Below are positions 1-12,054 of a DNA stretch of 64,000 bases, piece by piece. Position 1 is the stretch's first letter. Every line of letters starts with the position of its first letter. Source of the DNA: Mobula hypostoma (taxonomy: Eukaryota); assembly GCF_963921235.1 (NCBI RefSeq), contig NC_086107.1, positions 110,610,001-110,674,000 on the forward strand, in the 5' to 3' direction. The notes beneath the pieces were generated by a model. That model was not told the DNA's origin. It worked only from the letters and a program-made list of their open reading frames with translations, and did no database searches. The position numbers and the translations under genes were made by a program.

Positions 1-860
1 GATGTAAGTAATAATAAAGTCTATTCAATGTGAAAAGTAGTGGTCCCAATACTGTCCCCTGAGGAACACCACTAGTCACTGGCAGCCAACCAGAAAAGGC
101 CCCCTTAATTCCCACTTGTTGCCTCCTGCCTGTCAGCCATTCCTTTAACCATGCCAGTATATTTCCTGTGATACCATAGGATTTTATCTTGTTAAGCACC
201 CTCATGTGAGGCACCTTATCAAATGCCTTCTGAAAATTTTAGTAAATGACATCCACTGCCTCTCCCTTGTCCACCCTACTTGTTACTTCCTTGAAGAATT
301 CAAACAGATTTGTCAGGCAAAATTTCCCTTTACAGAAACCACACTGGTTTTGAATTATTTTATCATTTGTCTCCAAGTAGCCCGAAACCTTGTCCTTAAT
401 AATGGACTCCACCTCTTTCCCAACCACTGAGGTTAGGTTAACTGACCTAATCTCTTTTGTCTTCCTCCCTTCTTAAAGAGTGGAGTGTCATTTGCAATTT
501 TCAGTCCTGCAGGACCATGCCAGAATCAAGTGATTCTGGAAAGATCATGACGAATGCATCTGTTATCTCTTCAGCAACCTCTTTCAGGACTCTGGGATAT
601 TGTCCATCTGGTCCAGGTGATTTATCCACCTTAAGATCCTTCAGTTTGCCTAGCACTTTTTCCTTTGTAATAGCAATGGCACTCACTCCTGCTCTCTGAC
701 ACTCAGTGACCTCTGGCACACAGCTGGTGTCTTCCACAGTGAAGGTCAAAGCAAAGTACTTATTAAGTTCATCTGCCATTTCTTTGTCCCCATTACTACC
801 TTACCAGCATAACTTTCCAGTGGTCCAATATCAACTCTCACCTCTCTTTTATTCTTTATA
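1..860 (-). mobile_element. CR1 LINE ORF2 (RT region) fragment, frameshifted
   Basis: Minus-strand ORFs give KVDKSPGPDG.YPRVLKEVAEEI and GFCKGKFCLTNLFEFF..VTSRVDKGEAVDVIY, typical CR1 RT motifs; runs off the window start. Confidence 0.9.
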
Positions 861-1795
861 TAATTGAAAAAGCTTTAGCTCAGTTCAATTTTAGTTTTAG
901 AAGTGAAACGTCAGAGCTGTGGAATAGAGTTGGGGGGAGGGATTTGTTTACTGGAAGGAGAAATTGATTAGGTATCTGATTTTGATTCAAATGGGACGGA
1001 GAATGAACGTGGTAACAACTGACTTGCCTGCGTAGATATTGGGATCCCTCGTTTACATCAGCCTGTGTTTAAGAACGGGAGGGTAGTTTCTGATGATGGG
1101 CAGAAGGTCTGATTCTGTTAGACGGAGCTCTTCTTGTCCCGGTGAAGCTGCTGACAGACGGCCACTCCAGCTCACTTGGACCTCCGGCCAGGGACAGATG
1201 TAAGACAAGGGCAGTCCTGTCAAATTTGGCGATTTGGATGGTGGTAAGGACATGTTAATAAAAGGTGCCGATGTGCTAATTAACATGGTTTATCTGAGGT
1301 TGGATGAAAAGGGCTGGGCTCTGTGAAGCCGGATAGAAGAGGCGACAATCTGTTCAGTTCTATAATTAAAATACCTGAATCACATTCAAGAGAAATTTGC
1401 CTTGTTGGTTGAGCTACAACAGGCTCCAAAATTTCCGAAAATCCAAAAAAAAGGGCCAGAGGAAGTGGCGGACTGCACTGTTCGCCCCAGTCACATGCGA
1501 TTGGGTAAAGCACTACAGATGATCGTCATCCCTGTTAGTTTTGACATTCGAGGTTCAGGATTATTTATTGTCATTCTTCAGCAAGCGTGTGTAAAGGAGA
1601 ACAAAATAATTGTTCCTCTGGATTCAATGCAGCTTTAAAAGACATAATATGCATAAGAACACAATGAGTGCACGATTGGTTTAACGCATACAAAGTGCTG
1701 GAGGAGCAAGATGTTGGGCGCCGCGGTAGTGTGGCGGTTAACGCGACACTATTACAGCTCGCAGTGTCGGAGTTCAGAGTTCCCAATGGCCCCTG

Positions 1796-2368
1796 TAGCT
1801 AGATAGATAGATACTCTACTGATTCCAAAGGAAATTACTGTGTCACATTAGCATTACAAGTGCACAGATATAAATATTAGAAGAGAAGTAGAAAGAATAA
1901 AAAATAAGTTACCACAAACAATCTCACAGGAGAGGGTTATCACTTCCCTGGCTATTGGTTTAGTCTTTATAGACCCCAATGGCCGAAGGTAAGAACGACC
2001 TCAAACAGTGCTCTTTGTCTTAATCTATTACTAAAAGTGCTCCAAGTGTTGTGGTATGAAGAGGGTGAGAAACATTGTCCAGAATTGCCAGGATTTTCAA
2101 TCAGGTCTTTTGTTCTACCACAGCCTCCAGTGTGTCCAGTTTGACCCCTATAACAGAGCCTGCCTTTCTAATCAGTTTGTTGAGCCTGTTGGCATCACCT
2201 GTGTTGATGCCATCGCCCCGGCACACCACCGCAGAGGAGATTGTACTGGCGACAACAGACAGGTAGAACACGTGAAGGAGAGGCCTGCATTCTCCAAAGG
2301 ACCTCAGCCTCCTCAGGAAGTAGAGGTGACTCTGGCCATTCTTGTACACAGGCTCTGTGTTGGTGCTC
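1796..2368 (-). mobile_element. Rex1/Babar-like LINE 3' fragment inserted in a V-SINE
   Basis: LYFLRRLRSFG...VVC.GDGI...ANRLNKLIRKAGSVIG motif and (TATC)n tail at ~1800; SINE head at ~1716-1790 resumes at ~2370-2425. Confidence 0.8.
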
Positions 2369-2968
2369 TGTGTAAGGAGCCTCTGTATGCCCTCCCTATG
2401 GAATTCATGGGTTTTCTCCGGGTGCCGCAGTCCCTGAGTTGTTCTTATCCAGCTTGTACTTCCACCGAGCGAACACTGGAGTGCAACATCGAGCAAACAC
2501 TGGAGGGCAGCACAGAGCGGACACTGCTTTGTGTCATCAACAAACTTAGATATATCACCTGATTGTCTCACGGATTTAGATTGTGAACAGTTGGGGCTTC
2601 GACATTCTACTGGTCACAGTTTACCCCACCCCAACAAAAAAAAACTGACCTGCACATTCCTATACACAAATGAGAATCTGTAGGTGCTGGAAATCTTGTG
2701 CAACACACCTCCACAAACGCTGCCTGTCTTGCTGAGTTCCTCCAACATTTTGTGTGTGTTGCTGTACTTTGTTTCAGCTCCTCAATCCACACCAGTTTAT
2801 TATCTACTATTGCACCTCCTAATTATGTTTCATGAACTTTCGGGAGGTATATTATTTGGAAGAACTCGTGAAAGTGCATACCCAACACACCTGTAGATTT
2901 ATCCTTATCTATGCTGTGAGTTACATCCCAGAAAATACTCCAGGCATGATTTCCCTTACAATAATGTG

Positions 2969-3050
2969 GTCGTCATGGCCGAGAGGTCAAGGTGATGGAC
3001 TAGAAACCCATTGGGGTTTTCCTGCACAGGTACAAATCCTGCCACCAACA
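2969..3050 (+). pseudogene. tRNA-Ser(AGA) pseudogene
   Basis: 82 nt colinear with vertebrate tRNA-Ser-AGA (GGCCGAG.GGT.AAGG.GATGGACTAGAAA.CCATTGGGGT..); acceptor stem is disrupted and T-loop reads GGTACAAATCC. Confidence 0.85.
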
Positions 3051-3069
3051 CGTGCTCCCACTGTTTTTG

Positions 3070-3342
3070 GGGTGCCACGGTAGTGCAGCATTTAACGCGA
3101 CTCTGTTACAACTTGGGGCTTCAGAGTTCAGAGTTCAACGCTAGCACTGTCTGTAAGAAGTTTGTACATTTTCTCTGGGTGCTCCAGTTTCCTCCCACAG
3201 TCCAACGATGTACTGGTTAGTAAGTTAATTGGCCATTAGAAATTATCCTGTGATAAGGCGAGGGTTAAATAGATGGGTTGCAGGATGGGCACGACTCATT
3301 GGGCTGGAAGCGCCTGTTTTGCGCTGTTTCTCTAAATAAATA
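3070..3342 (+). mobile_element. tRNA-derived V-domain SINE (HE1-like)
   Basis: tRNA-like head, GGGTGCTCCAGTTTCCTCCCACAGTCCAA core and (TAAA)n tail; many related copies (e.g. ~4100-4310, 34595-34810, 51895-52065, 55998-56090). Confidence 0.75.
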
Positions 3343-3419
3343 AGCCCATGCCAATTCTACTTCCTCTTCTAAATTTTCTCAAAGTTCCCCATTACCACTT
3401 CCTTAGTTCAAGATACATA

Positions 3420-3675
3420 TACGCAAACGGCAAAGGAGGTGGATTGGACACACCTTGAGAATGCCAACCAACAACGTCCCCAAGCAGCCATTAAAATGGA
3501 ATCCCCATTTTAGGAAAGTGGAAAAGGGGACATCCAAAGAATACAGGGAGGAAAGGCACTGAGGCTGAAATTAGATCACGGGGACACTCTTGGTCCACGC
3601 TTGAGAAACTGACTCCTTCAGAGGACGATGGGGATGGGAGGTGATCGACGGCCTATGGGCCCAAGAAGAAGACTT
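3420..3675 (+). mobile_element. RTE-clade LINE 3' end
   Basis: Translates as [34 protein letters not shown], the RTE ORF C-terminal motif; (AAG)n tail. Confidence 0.8.
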
Positions 3676-4802
3676 CCTTAGTACTGAAATAGATTCTAGC
3701 GTTTTCCACACTGCTTCTGTCAAGATAAGTGGTCCATAATTCCTGTTTTCTCCCTTCTTTCTTAAATAACAAGGTTACATTTGCTACCTTCTAATTTCTG
3801 TGAATAGATTTGCAATCTATTGAGTTTCTACACTATACCTGTGTCATCACCTCTTTCAGCATCCCAGGACATGATTATCAGGGTCTTGGAAATGTATTCC
3901 TTTTCCGTCTCAATAATTCCTCTGACACTGGATCTGAATTGATGCTACTTTCTGTGAACACCATCTCTGGAAATTTTTCTGCGCTTTCCATAAAAAAAAC
4001 AGCACAAAAAATTTGTTTAAATTCCCTGCCATTCCCTTGATCTCCAAAATAGTTTCTCCTTTCTCAGTTTGTAGGGGACTCATTTATCATTACTAATCAG
4101 CCCCAGTGACTGGGGTTGAATTCCCGCCACTGACTGTAAGGAGTTTGTACTTTCTCCCTGTGACTATGTGAGTTTCCTCCAGATGCTCTGGTTTCCTCCC
4201 ACATTCCAAAGATGTACGGCCTAGTAGGTTAGTTGGTTGCATAGGAGTACTTAGGTGGTGTGGGCATATTGGGACAGAAGGGCTTGTTGTTGAGCTGTTA
4301 AAAATAAGTTTCTTTCTGTAAATCTATGGAAATCTCCTTCTATGTGCCTCATGTTCCTTCTCAATATCTTGAGACTCACTTGCTAAATTCTGAATAATTC
4401 CCATTATTTAGTTTTTGTGACAACATTATATGCCTTTCCGCTGATCTAGAACTTTTGTTGTTTATCACACCTGGATCACTTTTCACCTAACATTTACAAG
4501 GAGTACAGAGATATATGAACTTTTATTCTGTATCAATTCTTAAAATGTTAATCTTTGCTGATAAACTCTCTAAAGTAGTCATCTTGTGTTTCATGCCTTC
4601 ATTGGTTTGCTTTACTTAAATTTAAGACCCTGGCTTCTGATTGACTTTGATCTCTGCCACTTTTTATAAAAAGTTCAAAGCTCAGAGTAAATTTATTAGC
4701 AAAGTGCATTTCTGTCACTGTATACAACCCTGACATTCACTCATTCACAGTAAATACAAGAAACACAATGGAATCAGCGAAAGATCTCACTCAGCAGAAC
4801 TG

Positions 4803-5305
4803 ACAATTTAATTCCGATTCCCATTCTTGTTCCAACATGTCGATCCATGGCCTCCTTTTGTGCCAAGATGAGGCCACCATCAGGGTGGAGGAGCAACACC
4901 TTATATTCCATCTGGGTGCCCTCCAACCTAATAGCATGAATATTAATTTATCCCAGTATAAAAACCCTCCCCCTCCCCCTCCCCTCTTGTTCTGTTCCCC
5001 ACTCTGGCCTCTCCTCACCGGCCTATCACCACCCCCGGGTCCCCTCCTCCTTCCCTTTCTTCTATGGTCCATTCTCCTCTCTTATCAGATTCCTTCCTCT
5101 CCAGCCCTTTACCTTTCCCACCCACCTGGCTTCGCCTATCACCTTCCAGCTATCCTCCTTTCCCTCCCTCCAACCTTTTATTCTGGCATCTTCCCCCTTC
5201 CTTTCCAGTCCTGAAGAAGGGTCTCAGCCCAAAGCACTGACTGTTTTTTTCATTTCCACGGATGCTGCCTGACCTGCTGAGTTTCCTCAGCATTTTGTGT
5301 GTGTG
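4803..5305 (+). mobile_element. Penelope-like element 3' fragment (endonuclease C-terminus plus pLTR-like tail)
   Basis: MSIHGLLLCQDEATIRVEEQHLIFHLGALQPNSMNI, a pyrimidine-rich UTR, then a degenerate CTGAAGA-AGGG..CCC-AAAG hammerhead-like motif at ~5207-5243. Confidence 0.8.
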
Positions 5306-5306
5306 A

Positions 5307-5826
5307 TTTATTAGGTATACCAGTACACCTGCTCATGAAAGCAAATATATAATCAGCCAATCACGTGGCAGCAACTCAATGCATAGAAGCATGCAGGCAT
5401 GGTCAAGAGGTTCAGTTGTTGTTCAGACCAAACATCAGAATTGGGAAAAATGTGTTCTTAGTGACTTTAACTGTGGAATGATTCTTGGTGCCAGACAGGG
5501 TGGTTTGAGTATCTCAGAAAGTACTGATCTCCTGGGATTTTCATGCACAACAGTCTCTAGAGTTTGTGGAGAATGGTGTGAAAAGCAAAAAAAAAACATC
5601 CAGTGAGTGGTAGTTCTGTGGGCGAAGGGAGAATGGCTGGACTGCTTTCAGCTGACAGGAAGGTGAGAGTAACTCAAATAACCATGTGTAACAACAGATG
5701 TGTGTGGAAGAGCATCTCTGAAAGCACAACATGTCAAGCCTTGAAGCAGAAGACTATGAATGTGCTCTCAGTACCTCCTGCACCCTATAAAGACCACTTT
5801 ATTAAGTACAGGAGGTACTGAGTGTA
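5307..5826 (+). mobile_element. Tc1/mariner non-autonomous deletion derivative, copy 1
   Basis: LSDFNCGMILGARQGGLSISESTDLLGFSCTTVSRV, the Tc1 N-terminal HTH; ends ACTGAGTGTA; homologous to 37884 and 44510. Confidence 0.8.
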
Positions 5827-5989
5827 GATTAAGGCACCCAGTGATTACTGGGCCACTAATTTTGCGTGACCTTGCAATCTCCTGATTTGTACTTCACTGG
5901 CCATTGTCACTGCTCTTTGGGACCTTCCACCAAACCTTTTTGTGCCTTGCTGTCTTTTGTTTCCTCCCAAACTGATTTAATCACAAACC

Positions 5990-7145
5990 ATTCTGAGTTG
6001 GTGCCAACCATGGAAGTTGCGTCCCAGCTGTCTTCATGATACACAGGCCAGCACGCAAGTCAGGGCAGTATGAGACGTTGCCCCTGCAGCAGACCCTACC
6101 TCTCCACGCAGCTGATGAATCTAAAGGAATGGCAGAGACTGATACAGTTTGGCACCTGTGGCATCACAAGAGTTGCCAGTCGGCATTGAACTCAACGTAG
6201 CCTTAGGGACTCCAGCTCCGGATTTTTTCCTCAGGGTTTATTCCCAAAGTCTTCCCCATGAGTGGCTATAGTTACAAAGCAGCGGAGGTTTGAGATCAGA
6301 GTTTTCCTTCTCCTAGAAGAGCTAATATCCGGGGCTGATGAGCCCCATCTGCCTGAAACGACTGGTTTTAAGGTGTCTTTCCTCCTTCTCCTGTCAGAAG
6401 AAACAGTTCCTCCAGGTTTAGATAGATAGATAGATAGATAGATATACTTTATTGATCCCGAGGGAAATTGGGTTTTGCTACAGCCGCACCAACCAAGAAT
6501 AGAGCATAAATATAGCAATACAAAAACCACCAACAATCAAACAACAAAGTGCAAACTATGCCAGATGGAAAATAAGTCCAGGACCAGCCTATTGGCTCAG
6601 GGTGTCTGACCCTCCACGGGAGGAGCTGCAAAGTTCGATGGCCACAGGCAGGAACGACCTCCCGGGCCGCCCAGTGTTGAATCTCGGTGGAATATGGCCG
6701 AAGTCCAACAGTAAAAAGTTCAATATCCGGTCTACAAACACGTTCCTCAATCGTAATATGACCCGGATTGCACCATCTGTTGTTAACCAGAACAGCAAGC
6801 TCCCAATTCCTTTAGGCTTACCACTCTCAGTGCACTTCCGTTCAGCCCGAACGGTCTGGAAGTTTCGAACGGGTATGTCCTCGTGCAGCCCCGTTCCAGT
6901 GAAACACATAACACTGCACTCCTGAAATGTTCTCTGACGCCTGGCTAGCGCCGTGAACTCGTCCATTTTATTACCCACCGAATTCCTCTTCTCCTTAAGT
7001 CTCTGTAGCTAAGCCTTATGTGAAGTCCAGGAGCTGGTTGTCAGAGGCTATTCAAGACACACGCCATTGGGAGCATTTAATAGGTAGTGGGAGCTTGTTG
7101 CCCCTGCCCCCCCCGACCCCTGGCTAGAACAACTTTAAGGAACCT
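5990..7145 (-). mobile_element. Interspersed repeat, probably an RTE 5'-region derivative, split by the 6419-7006 insertion
   Basis: Colinear with 32660-33240 on both sides of the insertion. Confidence 0.6.
6419..7006 (-). mobile_element. Internally deleted (bipartite) Rex1-like LINE
   Basis: Endonuclease N-terminus (NKMDE...CSVMCFT.T.L) is joined at ~6690 to the ORF end (PPR....RSFLPVAI.L..SS), 3'UTR and (TATC)n tail. Confidence 0.75.
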
Positions 7146-7647
7146 CTCCATTCTTTAATAATAAGAATATCCCAATCCTCTCCCACTTTGTCTGCCTCCT
7201 GTGAGAGTCAACTGTGTTGGACTATTTAATTCTCAGTCTTGGTCACCTTGGAACCATACTGCAGAGAAGGTATTAGATCACTGCCATCCATTTTCATTTG
7301 AGCCATTATGTCATGCACCTCGTTAAGAATGCAATGTGCATTCAGATAGCGGCCGGTTCTTCCACTTTGTCCCTGTTGCTCTGTTAATTTCCTCAGCATC
7401 AGCTGTGCCTGTGAGTTGGTGCTGTGAAGATGGTCCCAAGCTGGGGTCCCCAGTCCGACCTGCAGCTGACTTGTCTTTACACTACTGTTTCTGAGAGCTT
7501 GCTGTTGTCCTCAGCACTGGCCGTAGCTGTGAATTAGTGCCTTCTAGACCTTGTTTGGCTGGAAATGTTTGCCATCAGTATCGCAATAGTTAGAGCTGAC
7601 GCCTGTGGAAGGTTGCTATCTGGGCAGACAGGACTAGCGACTTTCCA

Positions 7648-8250
7648 CGCCACACCAGCAGGTTCAGGAACAGTTATTACACTACATCCATCAGGCTCCT
7701 GAACCGGTGTGGGTAGCTTCACTCACCCCAACACTGAGCCGATTCCACAATCTATGGACTCACTTCCAAGGACTCTACATCTCATGTTCACTGTATCATT
7801 TATGTTTACCTATCGATCTATCTACTTCTCTCTCTATCTCTCTCTCTCTCTCTCTCTCTCACTTATTTACTCTCACTCACTCTATCTCTATCAGTTTATT
7901 TCTTTATCTGTCTATCTATCTATCTCTTTATCTGTGTATCTTTTTATCTATCTCTTTATCCGTCTCCCTATCTCTGGATCTTTCTCCCTATCTATCTATC
8001 CTGATCTTTTTATCTATCTATCTATCTCTTGGTCTCTATCTATATCTCTCTGTCTGTCTGTCTGGCTCTCTCTCTCTCTCTATCTATTTATTAGTTATAT
8101 TTTTTATTTGCTCTATTTGTCTCCTTATAACCACTTATTGTTTAACAGTCTTTATTTATGTATATATTTTAAATAAATTCTATTGTATTTCTTTTCCTGT
8201 AAATGCCTGCAAGCAAATGGATCTTGAAGGAGTAAATGTACTTTGACTTT
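7648..8250 (+). mobile_element. Rex1-like 3' end with an internal (TC)/(TATC) microsatellite expansion (~7810-8100)
   Basis: CAGGTTCAGGAACAGTTATTAC...ATCAGGCTCCTGAAC 3' motif, a simple-repeat tract and a TTTGAC tail. Confidence 0.7.
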
Positions 8251-8339
8251 GATTTAGTGCCTGGGAGATGCAAAGAGACAATAGCTCTGGCACTGAGCTA
8301 GGGTGGCAGTCAAAGTTCACAGTTCAAGTTTGGAGGGCA

Positions 8340-8728
8340 TGAGAGGCTAGACAAACTTGGGTTGTTTTCCTCGGAGTGGCGGAAGCTGAGGGGAGATCTG
8401 ATAGAGGTTGATAAGATTCTGAGAGGCATATTTAGAGTAGACAGAAAGTATCTTTTTTCCGGGGTTAGAAATGCCTAATATCTGAGGGAATGCATTGGAG
8501 GCGAGAGAGGGTAGGTTGAAAGGGGACGTGAGGGGTAAGTTTTTTTTACTCAGAAAGTGGTAGATCCCTGGTATGGTTAGGCACACAGATGTGAGGAAGA
8601 TGGAGAGATATAGACATTGTGTAGGGAGGAGGGATTAGTTTGTGGGATTAAAAAAATTACTTTTTAGCTGGTTTGGCACATCATTGTGGGCTGAAGTACC
8701 CTTTTCTGTGCTGCACTGTTCTATGTTA
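8340..8728 (+). mobile_element. CR1 LINE 3' fragment
   Basis: LGLFSSEWRKLRGDLIEVDKILRGI motif; 3' hairpin and TGTTCTATGTT tail. Confidence 0.85.
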
Positions 8729-9954
8729 ACTGCCCACTCCCTCCCCTCTTCATCCCACCCTCACTCTCACCCTACCCTGCCAAAGCCAGAGTGCAGTCCT
8801 GACGCTTGTACACAGCTGAAGCCTGCTCCTCTATTGAGAAACTGTCCTTGCACTTGAGTTCCAGGGCAAACATTTATGCAGAGGGCCAGCACGGTGACTG
8901 GCCTTTCTGGCCCAGCGAGCCTGTGCCGTGCATTTAAACCCACGTGGCCAGTTAGCTTACCGACCTGCCTGTCCTTGCAATGTGAAGAAGATGGAGATTG
9001 TGTAGATAGGAGGGGTTAGTTTTTGTTTTTTTTCTCAAAATTTACTTTTTAGCCGGTTCGGCACAACATTGTGGGCAGAAGGGCTTGTTCCTGTTCTAAG
9101 TAAATTTATTATCGAAGTGTAAATAAGTTTTGATCCTACAGTATACTGGTGTCACTGGAAGTAATTTACTCTCCTCAGTACTCTCTGTGGGTGGCCAACA
9201 GAACAGAAATCTCTAGGATATGGGATGTGTGGTTGTTGGTAAAGATAGAGAATATGGCAATTATATAATAGATTCATGTTGCATTGAAATTTTTACACAC
9301 GGCCCTGTGGAGCTTACACATCTCTTATCCATAAAACATTTCTTCATGATGTTAAGAGGCTGGCATTTCCCGTTGTAGGTTAGTATGTCAACGTCTGTCA
9401 TTCAGTACAAATTCACAGGTGGCGTACCTGACTGGCTCAACATCTCCAACCACTTGCGTTTCAGTTTCAGACTTCTAGCATCTGCAGAGTTTCCTTTGCA
9501 TTTACAGTTGCCTCTTCTCTTCCAAGAGTGCCTGCTTTCAGTAGGTCATGCCCCTCTCTCTCTCTCCATCTGGTCAATGGAGATCAAGATGCCTATCTAA
9601 CCTAGACCCAATTGCCAGCATTTGGCCCATAACCTTCTAAATCCTTACATAAGGCCATAAGATATAAGAGCAGAATCAGGCCATTCAGCCCATCGAGCCT
9701 ACCCCGTCATTCCATTGTAGCTGAGTGATTATCCCTCTCAATCCCTTTTTCCTGCCTTCTCTCCGTAACTTTTGACACCCTGACTAATCAAGAAGCTATC
9801 AACCTTTGCTTTAAATATATCCAGTGACTTGGCCTCCACGGCTGTCTGTGGCAGAAATCCCGTAGAGGTGCTAACTTTGTTTCTCTTTCAGCAACTGCTG
9901 AATGAATCATTGAGTATTTTCAGCATTTTCTGTTTTATACTAGTTATTTATTTT

Positions 9955-10160
9955 ATTTTATTTAGAGACTTGGCATGGTAGCAGGACCTTATGGCCCAGT
10001 AAGACCGCGCCGCCCAATTACACCCACGTGACCACTTAACCAAGCCGCCCACGTGGGAGGAAACCGGAGCACCCGGAGGAAACCCACGTCATCACGGGAA
10101 GAACGTACGAACTCCTTGCAGGGAGCAGCGGGAATTGAACGCGGGTTGCTAACTGCCTCA
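9955..10160 (-). mobile_element. V-domain SINE
   Basis: Reverse complement of the V core, GTGGGAGGAAACCGGAGCACCCGGAGGAAACCCAC. Confidence 0.75.
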
Positions 10161-10684
10161 CTACTGTGGAGTGCAGCCATGGAGGGCTATGGTCTGGGTG
10201 CGGGACTGGTTGAATAACAGTTCAGCACTGACTAGATGGGCCAAAGGGCCTGGCCTTGCGTTGTAGTGCTCCGTGGTTCCATCTTTCGCTCTGTCAGCTT
10301 GAACAGCGATGTTACAGATGTTGATTTCCGGGCGGGTGAGCCCTAGTCTGTCACCAATGTACATTCCGGGTGTATCTTGCTTTGTGGGAAGTTTACTTTT
10401 CTTCAGGACTGGATGACTACGTTTGTTGTACATCAGTCCTCAGAGGCAGAAATGGAAGCGCAGAACAGTGATGGAAGGTGCAACTTCATGTACTGTTGAG
10501 ATCGACTTTTGGCTATAGGAGTAATGTTCCAATAGGGAGCAGGGCTTGCTGTGATTCATGGCGATATCACAAATTGCAGCGGAGACGTAACGGGCAAAGC
10601 TGGAAAAAAGCCAAAAGGTCACCAGCAACACTAAGAATTCTTGGAGGGAACAGGGAGACCCACAAGCCCATCACACACACAGTA

Positions 10685-11090
10685 AGTAGGACCAGAATTA
10701 GGCCATTTCGCCCATGGAGTCTGCTCCACCACTCCATCATGGTTGATTTATTATCCCTCTCAACCTTCTCCCTGTAACCTTTGACACCCTTACTAATCAA
10801 GACCATATCAACCTCCACTTTAAATATACCCACTGACTCGGCCTCCACAGCCATCTGCTGCAATGAATTCCACATACTGACCGTGGTCTGGCGAAAGAAA
10901 TCCCTCCTCATCTCTGTTCTAAAGGGATGTACTTCATATTCTGAGGTTGTGCCCTCTTGTCCTTTACTCCCCTCCAGATCCACTCTAGGCCTTTTGATAG
11001 GTTTAAGTGAGATGTCCCCTCATTCTTCTAAACTCCAGCAGATACAGGTCCAGCATCATCAAATGCTCCTCATACATTAACCCTTCCATC
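10685..11090 (-). mobile_element. CR1 LINE 3' fragment
   Basis: PFRTEMRRDFFRQ..VSMWNSL...AVEAESVGIFKVEVD; a similar fragment lies at ~9650-9860. Confidence 0.85.
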
Positions 11091-12054
11091 GCTGGTCTCC
11101 CCTCTGACAGGACACTTTATTGGATTTTTTTTTCACCTGTGGGATATGGACTTTTCAAACCAGCCAGACTGCTGAGGTAAATGCCTCTCTTTGAATCAAT
11201 TTGAAATGCACTCGGGGCTGCTGCCTTGAATCGAGGCGAGACTTCACGTCTGGATGTTTTGAGATGAGTTCCTCATTAAAGGTCAGCGGATGTGTGTCCA
11301 CAGTGCAAAGCCGTGCATAATTGGGGACAAATTGGCAGTCGTTCAGATTCCAAGCGGCTGGGGAAGTGAGAGTGTTGGATGGTTAATTTTGATTGACTAA
11401 CTTTTGCCAATAACCAATAATCCACTTCAAACAAAGTCCCTGTGCACCAACAGTTTAATTCCTTGCAGAACTTTAGTTGAGAGGTTGTTGAAGTGGAATA
11501 TTGAATGAGGCTATTTTCTTTAAGATGAGGCCTAGTAGCTCCTTTGGTGACAATCCTGGAACAGTAACCAAGAGATGTGGGCTAACAATCCTCGACAAAT
11601 TAAAATCTCCCTGAGATGAAAATTCAAATTAAATTAATTGATCCAGGATGAAAACTAGTATCATTTAAGGTATCAGAATTGCCGGAGAAAAACCTGTCAG
11701 ATTGATTAAACACAAGGGATTCTCAAAAACAGTTACTTTCCCCAAGCAGCAAGGCTGATCAACACCTCCACCCATTAACCCAAACCCCCCACACCCCCAA
11801 CCACCACTACTTTATCATTTCTGGTCAGAGTCGTCTTATGTACAGACACTCCTGTGCCTAGCATCACTTTATGGACATGCAATCAATCTTTGTATAGAAG
11901 CTATCTTATGTGTTCATGTTTATTGTGTTTTTATTATAATTATTGAGTTCTTTATTTCATTCTGTTTCTTTTGCTTCATTAGATCCAGAGCAATAATTAT
12001 CTTGGTCTCCTTTACATTTGTGTACGAGAAATGACATTAAGCAATCATGAATCT

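Noticed and set aside
7707..8246. Hydrophobic LSIYLS ORFs (also 59488-59904 and 28602-28934)
   Set aside because: Translation of (TC)/(TATC) or CT-rich simple repeats.
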